Source of the DNA: Candidatus Kuenenia stuttgartensis
GTDB taxonomy: Bacteria; Planctomycetota; Brocadiia; Brocadiales; Brocadiaceae
Length of the DNA stretch: 32,000 bases
Direction: 5' to 3'
Assembly: GCF_900232105.1 (NCBI RefSeq)
Contig: NZ_LT934425.1
Location: forward strand, 2,760,001-2,792,000
The position numbers and the translations under genes were made by a program. The notes beneath the pieces were generated by a model that saw only the letters and a program-made list of their open reading frames with translations, made no database searches and was not told where the DNA came from. This document shows, in pieces, positions 15,637 through 24,168 of the stretch; the stretch's first letter is position 1; each line of letters starts with the position of its first letter.

Positions 15637-17661
15637 ATGCCCAGAGATATACCGGTAGGGAACGGTTCAATGTTGGTTACATTTGACTCCGAGTATCAGA
15701 TACGTGATATTTATTATCCGTATGTTGGCAGTGAGAATCATACGATTGGCCATCCGTGCAGAATGGGTATTTGGGTGGATGGACATTATAGCTGGGTGGA
15801 CAGCGAGTGGCAAAAAACGCTGACGTATAAAACGGATACACTAGTTACTGACGTAAAGGCAAAAAATGACCGGCTGAAAATAGAACTTCAGATGTACGAC
15901 ACGGTCGACTTCCATCTGAACATATTTGTAAAGGAAATCATCATCAGGAATCTTGATGGGAAAGATCGTGAGATCAGGCTGTTTTTTTATCATGATTTTC
16001 ATATTTATGGCAATGAGATCGGTGACACGGCGTATTATGACCCGGATACCATGTCAATTATTCATTATAAATCCCAGCGTTATTTTTTAGTTAATTGTTG
16101 CGACCCATCCAAGTGCGGAGTAGACCATTTTGCCACCGGCGAGAAGGAGATGCATGGTGCGGAAGGTACGTGGAGAGATGCGGAGGACGGTTTTTTGAGC
16201 GGCAATCCCATTGCTCAGGGGTCAGTGGACTCTACAATCGGCATTAACCTCCATATAAAGGCACACGGGGAAAATTTAACCCATTACTGGATTGCTGCAG
16301 GCAGGAAACATAGCGAGGTGGTAGCGCTCAACAAGAGTATCTGGGAAAAAACACCGGAAGAACTCATTCGGCGCACGGAGAACTATTGGAAATTATGGGT
16401 AAATAAGGAATCACTGCAATTTTACGATCTTCCCGAAAGTCTGGTGTCTTTTTTTAAGCGGAGCTTGTTGATAATGAGGACACAGATTGATAACAATGGC
16501 GCGATTATTGCGGCAAATGATTCTGATATTACCAAGTTCGGGAAAGACACCTATTCCTACATGTGGCCTCGCGATGGTGCCCTCGTTGCATACGCGCTTA
16601 TACAATCTGGATACAGTGATGTATCAAAACGTTTTTTTCAATTTTGCGCGGATGTTATTTCTCCGGAAGGCTATTTACTCCACAAATATAATCCTGATCA
16701 ATCTCTTGCCAGTTCATGGCATCCGTGGTTCAAAGACCGGAGAAAGAGCCTTCCGATACAGGAAGATGGCATTGCGCAGGTAATTTGGGCATTATGGCAT
16801 CATTACGATAAATTCAGAGATATTGAGTTTGTGAAGCCCCTGTACCGGCATTTAATCATGAATGCCGCAGAATTTATGGTGAAATTCAGAGATGAAGAGA
16901 CGGGATTGCCTCTTGCCTCATACGATTTATGGGAAGAGCGATATGGGGTGCATACCTTTACCGTATCGGCAGTGATCGCGGGACTAAGGGCGGCTGGAAA
17001 TTTTGCCTGCGCCTTCGGGGAAGAGGAATTCGGCACAAAATATTATGAAATAGCGGATAAAATCAAAGACGCCCTTATTGCGAATTTTTATAATAAAACG
17101 GAAGGGCGTTTTGCGAGGATGGGAACAAGGAACGCAAAAGGGTATGATTTGGATATGACTGTAGATGCAAGTCTTTACGGGCTTATTGCATTTGAGACAC
17201 TTGCCCCTGGCCAACCGATGGCTGTATCAACAATGGAGGCTGTTAAGAAGAGTCTCAGGGTAAACACTTCTGTCGGCGGCATAGCGCGATATTCCAATGA
17301 TTATTATCAGCGAGTAAATACCGGCAGAGAAGGCATTCCTGGGAATCCGTGGTTTATCTGTACTCTATGGATGACGGAATACGATATCATGCGGGCCGGA
17401 AATCTTGATGAATTGAATGAGGCACTGTCAGGTCTGGAATGGGTTGTTGGCAAGGCGTTGAAATCCGGAGTCCTGGCAGAACAGGTAAATCCGTTTACCG
17501 ACGAACCTCTCTCTGTATCCCCCTTAACATGGAGTCATGCGACATTTGTTACTGCCTTACTAAAATACATGGAGAAGAAAGAACGGCTGTTAACCTGTAA
17601 GTCATGCGGCCATTCTCAGTATTATATGCACCGTCAGGTACAAAAACCCTGTAATGTATAA
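15637..17661 (+). CDS. GH15-family glucoamylase-like glycoside hydrolase
   Basis: VTFDSEYQIRDIYYPYVGSENH, YSYMWPRDGALVAYALIQSGY, YDLWEERYGVHTFTVSAVIAGLRAA. Start placed at ATG 15637 preceded by AAGGAGG rather than track start 15604. Confidence 0.88.
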   Translation: MPRDIPVGNGSMLVTFDSEYQIRDIYYPYVGSENHTIGHPCRMGIWVDGHYSWVDSEWQKTLTYKTDTLVTDVKAKNDRLKIELQMYDTVDFHLNIFVKEIIIRNLDGKDREIRLFFYHDFHIYGNEIGDTAYYDPDTMSIIHYKSQRYFLVNCCDPSKCGVDHFATGEKEMHGAEGTWRDAEDGFLSGNPIAQGSVDSTIGINLHIKAHGENLTHYWIAAGRKHSEVVALNKSIWEKTPEELIRRTENYWKLWVNKESLQFYDLPESLVSFFKRSLLIMRTQIDNNGAIIAANDSDITKFGKDTYSYMWPRDGALVAYALIQSGYSDVSKRFFQFCADVISPEGYLLHKYNPDQSLASSWHPWFKDRRKSLPIQEDGIAQVIWALWHHYDKFRDIEFVKPLYRHLIMNAAEFMVKFRDEETGLPLASYDLWEERYGVHTFTVSAVIAGLRAAGNFACAFGEEEFGTKYYEIADKIKDALIANFYNKTEGRFARMGTRNAKGYDLDMTVDASLYGLIAFETLAPGQPMAVSTMEAVKKSLRVNTSVGGIARYSNDYYQRVNTGREGIPGNPWFICTLWMTEYDIMRAGNLDELNEALSGLEWVVGKALKSGVLAEQVNPFTDEPLSVSPLTWSHATFVTALLKYMEKKERLLTCKSCGHSQYYMHRQVQKPCNV

Positions 17662-17762
17662 ACAGATTGTACGGAAATTTTCACCTGAAAAATGAAAGAA
17701 ACACCCCTGACAGGATTTGAAACCCTGTCATGGTTAATATACAATTCTGTGAGAGGATGAAA

Positions 17763-17800
17763 GCATGAAATATACAAAATTTTTCATTATCGCCGCGATT
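17763..17800 (+). pseudogene. Duplicated 5' end of the VTT-family gene (38 bp)
   Basis: GCATGAAATATACAAAATTTTTCATTATCGCCGCGATT is identical to 19551-19588. Confidence 0.9.
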
Positions 17801-17807
17801 TTCCTCT

Positions 17808-17833
17808 CGTTCCCAAGCTCCGGCTTGGGAACG
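17808..17833. repeat. Hairpin CGTTCCCAAGCTCCGGCTTGGGAACG
   Basis: Identical to 936-961. Confidence 0.9.
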
Positions 17834-17959
17834 CAATTGTTTGAGAAGCTCCGGCTTCGCATGGAAAAAAGAATGAAACCATGCTACCCAGGATATTTGA
17901 AAATATACTTTCATGCTTCGTTAAATCTTTAAATCCCTTCCCAGTGGGGGGCAAGGGGG

Positions 17960-19343
17960 CATAAGCGCTAACTTGTTTTAGGTATGCTCGAAGTATTTTG
18001 ATATCTGTGTTTTTCGGATTCTTGTATTTTCTGCTAAAGAACAAGCAATGTCATTCCAGCACTTAAGAACTTCCTGTAATGATAACGCTGGTTCTATAGC
18101 CCGTTTTACTTGATTAAGCATAAAAGCAAATTCACGCCATTTGCTTTTAGTCTTCTTGCTTGACAATGAAGTATCCCCAGGGGGAAAAAGACGTAGCAAA
18201 ATCTATTAGTTTTTCTGTCAAAAGAGCAACGAATAGTTTGCCATAAAGCCAAGCTTTTGAGCTATCATCATCGTATTTAGGTAAGTGTCCAAATTGTGCT
18301 ATTTGTTTAAATCTTTTAAAGACCAGTTCAATTTGCCATCGAACTCGATACCATTCTAAGATATCAAAAGCGGTAAATTGATTTTCAGGAAACGTTGTGA
18401 ATACTATTACGTACTTGGCATAAATAAGGGTCTCCGGTTTTAGTTCAATGCCCTTTTTGCTTGCATGTCTTTTAAGTTTTTTATGAGCTATTTTAATGGC
18501 TTCTTCTGTTTTGCGTATTATACAAAGACGACCTTTGACATATTCAGTATTATCAACGTTTGGAATAAAAACGTTCCATGATTTTATAGCAAGGGGTCTT
18601 TTTAAATATTGGATTTCTTTCAATAAAGGAAAGGGTTTCTTTTCTTCGCCGAATATCCGTAGAGATTGCGAATTAACTCTAACGCTAAGATAAGCGCCTT
18701 TCCTTGTTGCATGATGAATTCCTTGGCCAGTACAGTAACCTCTGTCAGCTATAATATAATCATCTTTTTTCATCGGAAACTGCCGAAAAGATTCTCCTGT
18801 GCCTTCTCCTTCAGTTCCCGTAAGTTTAAAGAAATCGCAAGATAATGAAGGAACCTCAATACTATAATGAATGCGCCAAAGACTTCCTGTTTTCCCAGGT
18901 TCCTTTACTGTTGTTGCATCAAATAAGCGAAGATGAAAATTATTCCGTTTATTAATTTGGAGGCCACGCTCACGGAATAAAGATAAACATAATTTATATA
19001 GCCATTCTTTGCTCTTTTTTAATCGCTTTAATAAGGCAACATCGGATAAATCTGCTAAGTTAGCACGCTTGGCTCGAACTACTGTTTCACGCAATGAATA
19101 GCCACATCCTAAATGAATTAATAATGTTCGAAGAAGCTTTTCTTCAGATTTATCCTTGCGCAAGCCTTTTAAAGCATTTGTATCAACGGCTAAACTTTTC
19201 CAATCGTTTGGGAAGAAAGTTCTTAGAAGATCCCAATCTTCTCTCATCATGGCTTTATCCTCCTATAGAGTGATTAGCGGGATAATTAACATAAAAATAC
19301 CATGATGAATAAAATTTGTCAATAAAACAAGTTAGCGCTTATG
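17960..19343 (-). mobile_element. Complete IS4-family insertion sequence (1384 bp)
   Basis: 21-bp TIRs CATAAGCGCTAACTTGTTTTA (17960-17980) / TAAAACAAGTTAGCGCTTATG (19323-19343); 11-bp direct repeat GGGCAAGGGGG at 17949-17959 and 19344-19354. Confidence 0.95.
18147..19250 (-). CDS. IS4-family transposase
   Basis: 367 aa; DATTV, DDYIIADRGYC, ILEWYRVRWQIELVFKRFKQ (YREK-like signature). Confidence 0.93.
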   Translation of the reverse strand: MMREDWDLLRTFFPNDWKSLAVDTNALKGLRKDKSEEKLLRTLLIHLGCGYSLRETVVRAKRANLADLSDVALLKRLKKSKEWLYKLCLSLFRERGLQINKRNNFHLRLFDATTVKEPGKTGSLWRIHYSIEVPSLSCDFFKLTGTEGEGTGESFRQFPMKKDDYIIADRGYCTGQGIHHATRKGAYLSVRVNSQSLRIFGEEKKPFPLLKEIQYLKRPLAIKSWNVFIPNVDNTEYVKGRLCIIRKTEEAIKIAHKKLKRHASKKGIELKPETLIYAKYVIVFTTFPENQFTAFDILEWYRVRWQIELVFKRFKQIAQFGHLPKYDDDSSKAWLYGKLFVALLTEKLIDFATSFSPWGYFIVKQED

Positions 19344-19437
19344 GGGCAAGGGGGGGGATGCTAATCCCTTTAACCACTTACAAAGTTTGGACCAAATAAT
19401 TATTACGAAAGGGAAGCGGGAGCTTCCAATGCACTTG

Positions 19438-19463
19438 CGTTCCCAAGCCAGAGCTTGGGAACG
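19438..19463. repeat. Hairpin variant CGTTCCCAAGCCAGAGCTTGGGAACG
   Basis: Same family as 936-961. Confidence 0.8.
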
Positions 19464-19552
19464 AGCGTTTTTAAACAGATTGCATGGAAATCTTCATTTT
19501 TTATGTGAGGTGGTAATACTTCCCAAAACAACTCTTCAACAGGAGACCAGGC

Positions 19553-20230
19553 ATGAAATATACAAAATTTTTCATTATCGCCGCGATTGTTGGCTTGTTC
19601 GTCGTGTTCTATATGCTGGGCTTCAATAAGTATCTTTCATTGGAAGCCTTGCAGACAAACAGAGAGGCGTTGAATACCCTTTACCACGAGCATCGGGTAG
19701 CCTTTACGGGCGCATTTATGTTGATTTATATCATTTCAGCCGCCATTTCCTTGCCAGGAGCGACCATTCTTACATTAACAGGGGGGTTCATTTTCGGCCC
19801 CCTTCCTGGTTCTGGTATTGTAATTGTATCCGCAACAATTGGCGCTTCTTTGGCGTTTCTCGTTGCCCGGTTTATCTTAAGAAATACCCTGGAAAAAAAA
19901 TATGAACGTAATCTGAAAAAATTTAACGAAGGTATTGCAAAAAATGCCTGGAGCTATCTCCTGTTTTTAAGGCTGGTTCCGCCTTTCCCCTTTTTCCTGA
20001 TTAATATCGTCATGGGACTCACCCGCGTACCATTACGGACATTTGCCTTGGTAAGTTTCATCGGCATGTATCCCGGCACTTTTGTTTATACCCTGGCAGG
20101 CGGTCAGCTTGCAACCATCCATTCTGTAAAGGATATCGCCTCTCCCCGGTTGATAGGCGCTTTCACCCTCCTGGGGTGCTTTGCTTTAATACCAGGTATT
20201 TACAAAAAGTTAAAGGGAGCAAAAAAATGA
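19553..20230 (+). CDS. TVP38/TMEM64 (VTT/SNARE-associated) family membrane protein
   Basis: 225 aa; SLPGATILTLTGGFIFGPLPGSGIVIVSATIGASLAFLVARF, FLRLVPPFPFFLINIVMGLTRVPLRTFALVSFIGMYPGTFVYTLAG. Confidence 0.92.
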   Translation: MKYTKFFIIAAIVGLFVVFYMLGFNKYLSLEALQTNREALNTLYHEHRVAFTGAFMLIYIISAAISLPGATILTLTGGFIFGPLPGSGIVIVSATIGASLAFLVARFILRNTLEKKYERNLKKFNEGIAKNAWSYLLFLRLVPPFPFFLINIVMGLTRVPLRTFALVSFIGMYPGTFVYTLAGGQLATIHSVKDIASPRLIGAFTLLGCFALIPGIYKKLKGAKK

Positions 20231-21645
20231 GATATGATTATCACATTATTGTTATCGGCGCAGGGAGCGGTGGATTGGTCGTTGCCTCCGGAGCGGCAAG
20301 CCTGGGCGCCAGAGTAGCATTAATCGAAGCGGAAAAAATGGGAGGCGATTGCCTGAATGCCGGTTGTGTACCCAGTAAGACATTTTTAAAGAGCGCCCAT
20401 ATAGCCAAGGCAATTCGGGATGCATCAATGTACGGCTTAACTGCAGATTTGAAGAAGGTGGATATTACCACAGTCATGGACAGGGTTAACAAGGTAATCC
20501 GTGAGATAGAACCACACGATTCCAGAGAGCGTTATGAAGGGCTTGGAGTAGATGTTATCTTAGGCTTCGGTGAGCTTCAGGATAGACACACGGTAAAAAT
20601 CGGGAATGAAACAATAACGGGCAAATATATTGTCATTGCCACGGGTTCCGAACCAGCCGTCCCGCCAATCCACGGTTTAAATGAAGTCAATTATCAAACA
20701 AATCGTACCATTTTTCATCTAAAAGAACTTCCAGGACATTTAATCGTATTAGGCAGCGGGCCTATCGGTATTGAACTAGGTCAGGGATTTCGCCATCTGG
20801 GTTCTCAGGTAACGATCATTAACCGCAGTCCGGGCTTATTCAAAAAAGATGACCCCGAAGTAGGGCCTCTTATGGAGAAACAACTGAAAGATGACGGCAT
20901 AGAGCTTCTTTTGGGGATTGTATACCGGGAGGTCAGGCAGGATAGCGATGTAATATCTGTCGAAATAGAACATGAAGGCAAGGGGCGTATTATTACCGGG
21001 GATCAGCTACTGGTAGCTACCGGACGATTACCGGCAACGAAGAATCTGGGACTTGATAAGGTTGGGGTCAGAGTAGACGAAAAAGGATATATCGTCACTG
21101 ACAAAAAACAGAAGACCTCCGTAAAAAATATCTATGCCTGCGGAGATGTAACAGGTCATTATCAGTTCACTCACATGGCCGGTTATCAGGCTGGGATTAT
21201 CATTCGCAATATAATATTCAAACTGTGCGCTAAAGTAGATTATTCAGCAGTTCCATGGACTACCTATACAAAACCGGAGGTGGCCCATGTGGGATATACA
21301 GAACCCATGGCAAGGAAGACCGGTACATATAAAAGTTCGCTGAAGGTAGACCTGTGTGCGATAGACAGGGCAAAGGCAGAAGATGACCGTGTAGGTTTTT
21401 TAAAGCTGAACCTGGGCAAAAAAGGGCGTATCATTGGAGCGACGCTTGTCGGTGAAAAGGCAGGGGAAATGATCCCAGCAATAACAATCGCCATTAAGCA
21501 GAAACTTACCGCCGGCATTTTCATGAATATGATATTCTCATATCCTACAGAATCGGAAATTCTCAAATCTGCCTCCCTGGAGGCAGCGAAACAGTCATTG
21601 AAACCCTGGATGAAGAAGGTGATTCGGGCGGTGTTGTTACGCTAA
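20227..21645 (+). CDS. Pyridine nucleotide-disulfide oxidoreductase (dihydrolipoyl dehydrogenase/mercuric reductase-like)
   Basis: MRYDYHIIVIGAGSGGLVVASGAASLGARVALIEAEKMGGDCLNAGCVPSKTF; NAD-binding GSGPIGIELGQGF; YACGDVTG. Start ATG 20227 overlaps the VTT stop codon. Confidence 0.93.
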   Translation: MRYDYHIIVIGAGSGGLVVASGAASLGARVALIEAEKMGGDCLNAGCVPSKTFLKSAHIAKAIRDASMYGLTADLKKVDITTVMDRVNKVIREIEPHDSRERYEGLGVDVILGFGELQDRHTVKIGNETITGKYIVIATGSEPAVPPIHGLNEVNYQTNRTIFHLKELPGHLIVLGSGPIGIELGQGFRHLGSQVTIINRSPGLFKKDDPEVGPLMEKQLKDDGIELLLGIVYREVRQDSDVISVEIEHEGKGRIITGDQLLVATGRLPATKNLGLDKVGVRVDEKGYIVTDKKQKTSVKNIYACGDVTGHYQFTHMAGYQAGIIIRNIIFKLCAKVDYSAVPWTTYTKPEVAHVGYTEPMARKTGTYKSSLKVDLCAIDRAKAEDDRVGFLKLNLGKKGRIIGATLVGEKAGEMIPAITIAIKQKLTAGIFMNMIFSYPTESEILKSASLEAAKQSLKPWMKKVIRAVLLR

Positions 21646-21832
21646 CAATTTTAAAAATCCTGGCGGGTGGATTTTTTACTTTATGGGAATAAATTATGGT
21701 TTTTATTTGTCATTAATGTCATAGAAAGACAGTAATACCTGTCTTTAGGCACAATGAAGTTGTTTCTGCCCGGGGGGTGTTAGATCATTTTGATTGTATC
21801 TTATCCGAAGGGATTTTTTATAGGAGAGCAAC

Positions 21833-22252
21833 ATGTTTAAAAACATTGCGTTATCTTTATGCTTTATAATGGCCAGTGGATATGGATTTTCGTACAACAC
21901 GGTAAAAGCCCAAACACCTACCCCTACGTTAGTGCCTACACCGACACTGAAAGGTAGTGCTTCCGGTACAGTAACAGCTAAAAAATCCGGCAAACCAATT
22001 AAACGTGCAAAAGTTTCTTTGAAAAGCAAGGAACTGAATTTTAAAGACAAAACCACCACTGATAACGACGGTAAATATGTATTTTCAGATTTAAGCGCTG
22101 GCAATTATACCCTGAAGGCGAAGAAGCACGGCTTTAAGAATGCAAAAAAGAAATTTGAACTTGCAGAAGGTGAAAATGAGGTGGCCGACATTCAATTGAA
22201 AAAAGAAACGAGCGATGACGGCAATGGTGACGATGGCGATGGTGGATACTAA
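21833..22252 (+). CDS. Secreted carboxypeptidase-regulatory-like domain protein
   Basis: 139 aa; signal peptide then GSASGTVTAKKSGKPIKRAKVSLKSKELNFKDKTTTDNDGKYVFSDLSAGNYTLKAKKHGF; Asp/Gly-rich tail. Confidence 0.8.
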   Translation: MFKNIALSLCFIMASGYGFSYNTVKAQTPTPTLVPTPTLKGSASGTVTAKKSGKPIKRAKVSLKSKELNFKDKTTTDNDGKYVFSDLSAGNYTLKAKKHGFKNAKKKFELAEGENEVADIQLKKETSDDGNGDDGDGGY

Positions 22253-22576
22253 GGGACTTGGAATTTTCTATTATACCGTTTAACTCCCGGCGGGTTCAGG
22301 TTTGCAACCTGAACCTATGAGTTTATGCGTATAATGGGGCAATGTACTACGGCAAAATTCCAATGCCCAAATCACAAAATCCCTGTTTGGAATCTGGAAT
22401 TTATTTGTCATTTGTTCTCCTATTAGAAGGCTGGATTGAAAGTATAAAACGTTTGGTTCAGGTTACAAACCTGATAATCATATAGAAGGCACCTCCGAGC
22501 GCACTCTTCATGGTAAAATGGAGGATACCGTGAAAGGCGATTGTTAAATAATAACAAAGTAAGGAGGGAGCGAGCA

Positions 22577-23593
22577 ATGGGATATTTCGTAGGAATAGAT
22601 TTACATGGTGATAATAATTATATTGGAATACTCGATGAGGAGGATCGGAAGGTATTCAAGAGGAGAAACCGTAATGACATCAATGAAATAAAGCGCGTAT
22701 TAGAGCCATACAAAAAAGAAATAAAGGGTATAGTAGTAGAATCGACCTTTAACTGGTACTGGATAGTGGATGGTCTGATGGAGGCAGGCTATCAGGTACA
22801 CCTGGCAAATACATCGGCAATGCAGCAGTATGAGGGATTAAAGTACATTGACGACACGAGGGATTCGTTTTGGTTGGCAAAGATGTTACGGTTAAAGATA
22901 TTACCAGAGGGATATATTTATCCCAAAGAGACGCGGTCAGTGAGGGATTTACTGAGGAAGCGGATGATGTTGGTACAACAAAGGACAGCGCATATATTGA
23001 GTATGCAAACGATGGTAAACCGTAACAAAGGAGTACCGATAAGCGGTGATACGATAAAGAAGCTGAGTAACGAAGAGGTAATGGGGATGTTCAGCGACGT
23101 GCATTTGACCATGTCAGCACAGTGCGATCACGAGGTAATAGAGGTATTAAATAAGCAGATATACAAGATAGAGAAAGCGGTATTAAAGGAGGTGAAGCTA
23201 AAGAAGCCGTATAAGAAATTGCTCAAGGTGCCTGGGATAGGCGAAATCCTGGCAATGACGATAATGCTGGAGACTGGGAACATAGAGCGATTTAGTGATG
23301 TGGGGATGTATTCATCTTATTGCAGATGCGTATCGGCAAAAAAATTATCGAATGGTAAGAGCAAAGGGAAAGGAAACCGTAAGAACGGGAATAAATACCT
23401 TGCGTGGGCGTATGTGGAGGCAGCGCATTTTCACGTAAGATTTTGCGAAAAGGGAAGGAAATGGCATCAGAGGAAGGCGTCAAAGAGCCATGTAGTTCTG
23501 GCAACGAAAGCCTTGAGCAATAAGCTGGCCAGGGCATGTTATTACATAATAAAGGAGCAAGTAAACTACGACGAGAAAAAAATGTTTGGGTAG
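22577..23593 (+). CDS. IS110-family transposase/recombinase
   Basis: MGYFVGIDLHGDNNYIGILDEEDRKVF, IKGIVVESTFNWYWIVDGLMEAG, KYIDDTRDSFWLAKMLR; C-terminal LLKVPGIGEILAMTIMLETGNIERFSDVGMYSSYCRCV. Start at ATG 22577 after AAGGAGGGAG. Confidence 0.92.
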   Translation: MGYFVGIDLHGDNNYIGILDEEDRKVFKRRNRNDINEIKRVLEPYKKEIKGIVVESTFNWYWIVDGLMEAGYQVHLANTSAMQQYEGLKYIDDTRDSFWLAKMLRLKILPEGYIYPKETRSVRDLLRKRMMLVQQRTAHILSMQTMVNRNKGVPISGDTIKKLSNEEVMGMFSDVHLTMSAQCDHEVIEVLNKQIYKIEKAVLKEVKLKKPYKKLLKVPGIGEILAMTIMLETGNIERFSDVGMYSSYCRCVSAKKLSNGKSKGKGNRKNGNKYLAWAYVEAAHFHVRFCEKGRKWHQRKASKSHVVLATKALSNKLARACYYIIKEQVNYDEKKMFG

Positions 23594-24060
23594 CAAGCAG
23601 ATTAGGTGGTGCAAGGAACCGGTTGCGGGTTAGGTAACCAATCCATGAAACCTGATTGGAAGTTGTTCCACCTTTTATTATGAGTTGTGCCGGTAAAGGA
23701 ATCGGCGAAAAAGAATATTCCATTCTGATCTGCCCATACCATGAGCCGTGAGGTTTTGGCCGTAGAGCCGAATATTCTGTGAATAACGATTGGACACTGG
23801 TATGGAACCGATGGTTTTCTGGGACAGAAGATAAGTCAGGGGCGGTGAGAAAGTCTTTCACAAAGCCTTGATCCCGATGGGTGAATGGTGCGGATGAGAA
23901 CGATACCAAAACAATTGCGAAATACCACGGGCGTAGATAAACGTGAACGGTATAGTCATTTTCGTAAACAGCAGTAAGAGCGATTCCGTACTTGGAGGGG
24001 TATTCAAAACGTGAAAATGTAGATATTTTTGCGACCGGAGATATTTTGTCCTTGACAAAA
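23594..24060 (+). ncRNA. Candidate IS110/IS1111 bridge RNA (seekRNA) region
   Basis: 467-nt region inside the IS without a plausible + strand ORF; stems AGGTGG(23604-23609)/CCACCT(23668-23673), CCAATC(23638-23643)/GATTGG(23654-23659), CCATACC(23734-23740)/GGTATGG(23799-23805). Confidence 0.5.
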
Positions 24061-24102
24061 GCCTTCTAATGAGTGAACCCGCGAATGTAGTTTCCAGCGC
24101 CA

Positions 24103-24125
24103 GTTTTAAAAGGCTAAAGTGTTAC
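24103..24125. repeat. Solo family-beta MITE end
   Basis: GTTTTAAAAGGCTAAAGTGTTAC matches the right end of the elements at 10134-10284 and 6677-6783. Confidence 0.6.
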
Positions 24126-24168
24126 GGCAGAAATGACATTGGGTTGCAAACCCGCCGGGGGAATTCGA

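Larger units (their letters stand above)
22475..24076 (+). mobile_element. IS110-family element, IS1111-like subgroup (about 1.6 kb, boundaries +/-3 nt)
   Basis: Subterminal inverted repeats TAGAAGGC (22483-22490) / GCCTTCTA (24061-24068); interrupts AAACCTGA|ACCCGCG of a palindromic repeat whose undisturbed form is seen near 7360. Confidence 0.8.

Noticed and set aside
23735-23790. GAGCCGTGAGG-like text considered as group II intron domain or retron RNA
   Set aside because: No reverse transcriptase is present and the region lies inside an IS110 element, which better explains a structured RNA.
23292-23909. Minus-strand 205-aa ORF across the end of the IS110 recombinase and its noncoding tail
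   Set aside because: Shadow ORF with no recognisable domain, overlapping a confident gene and the predicted structured RNA.
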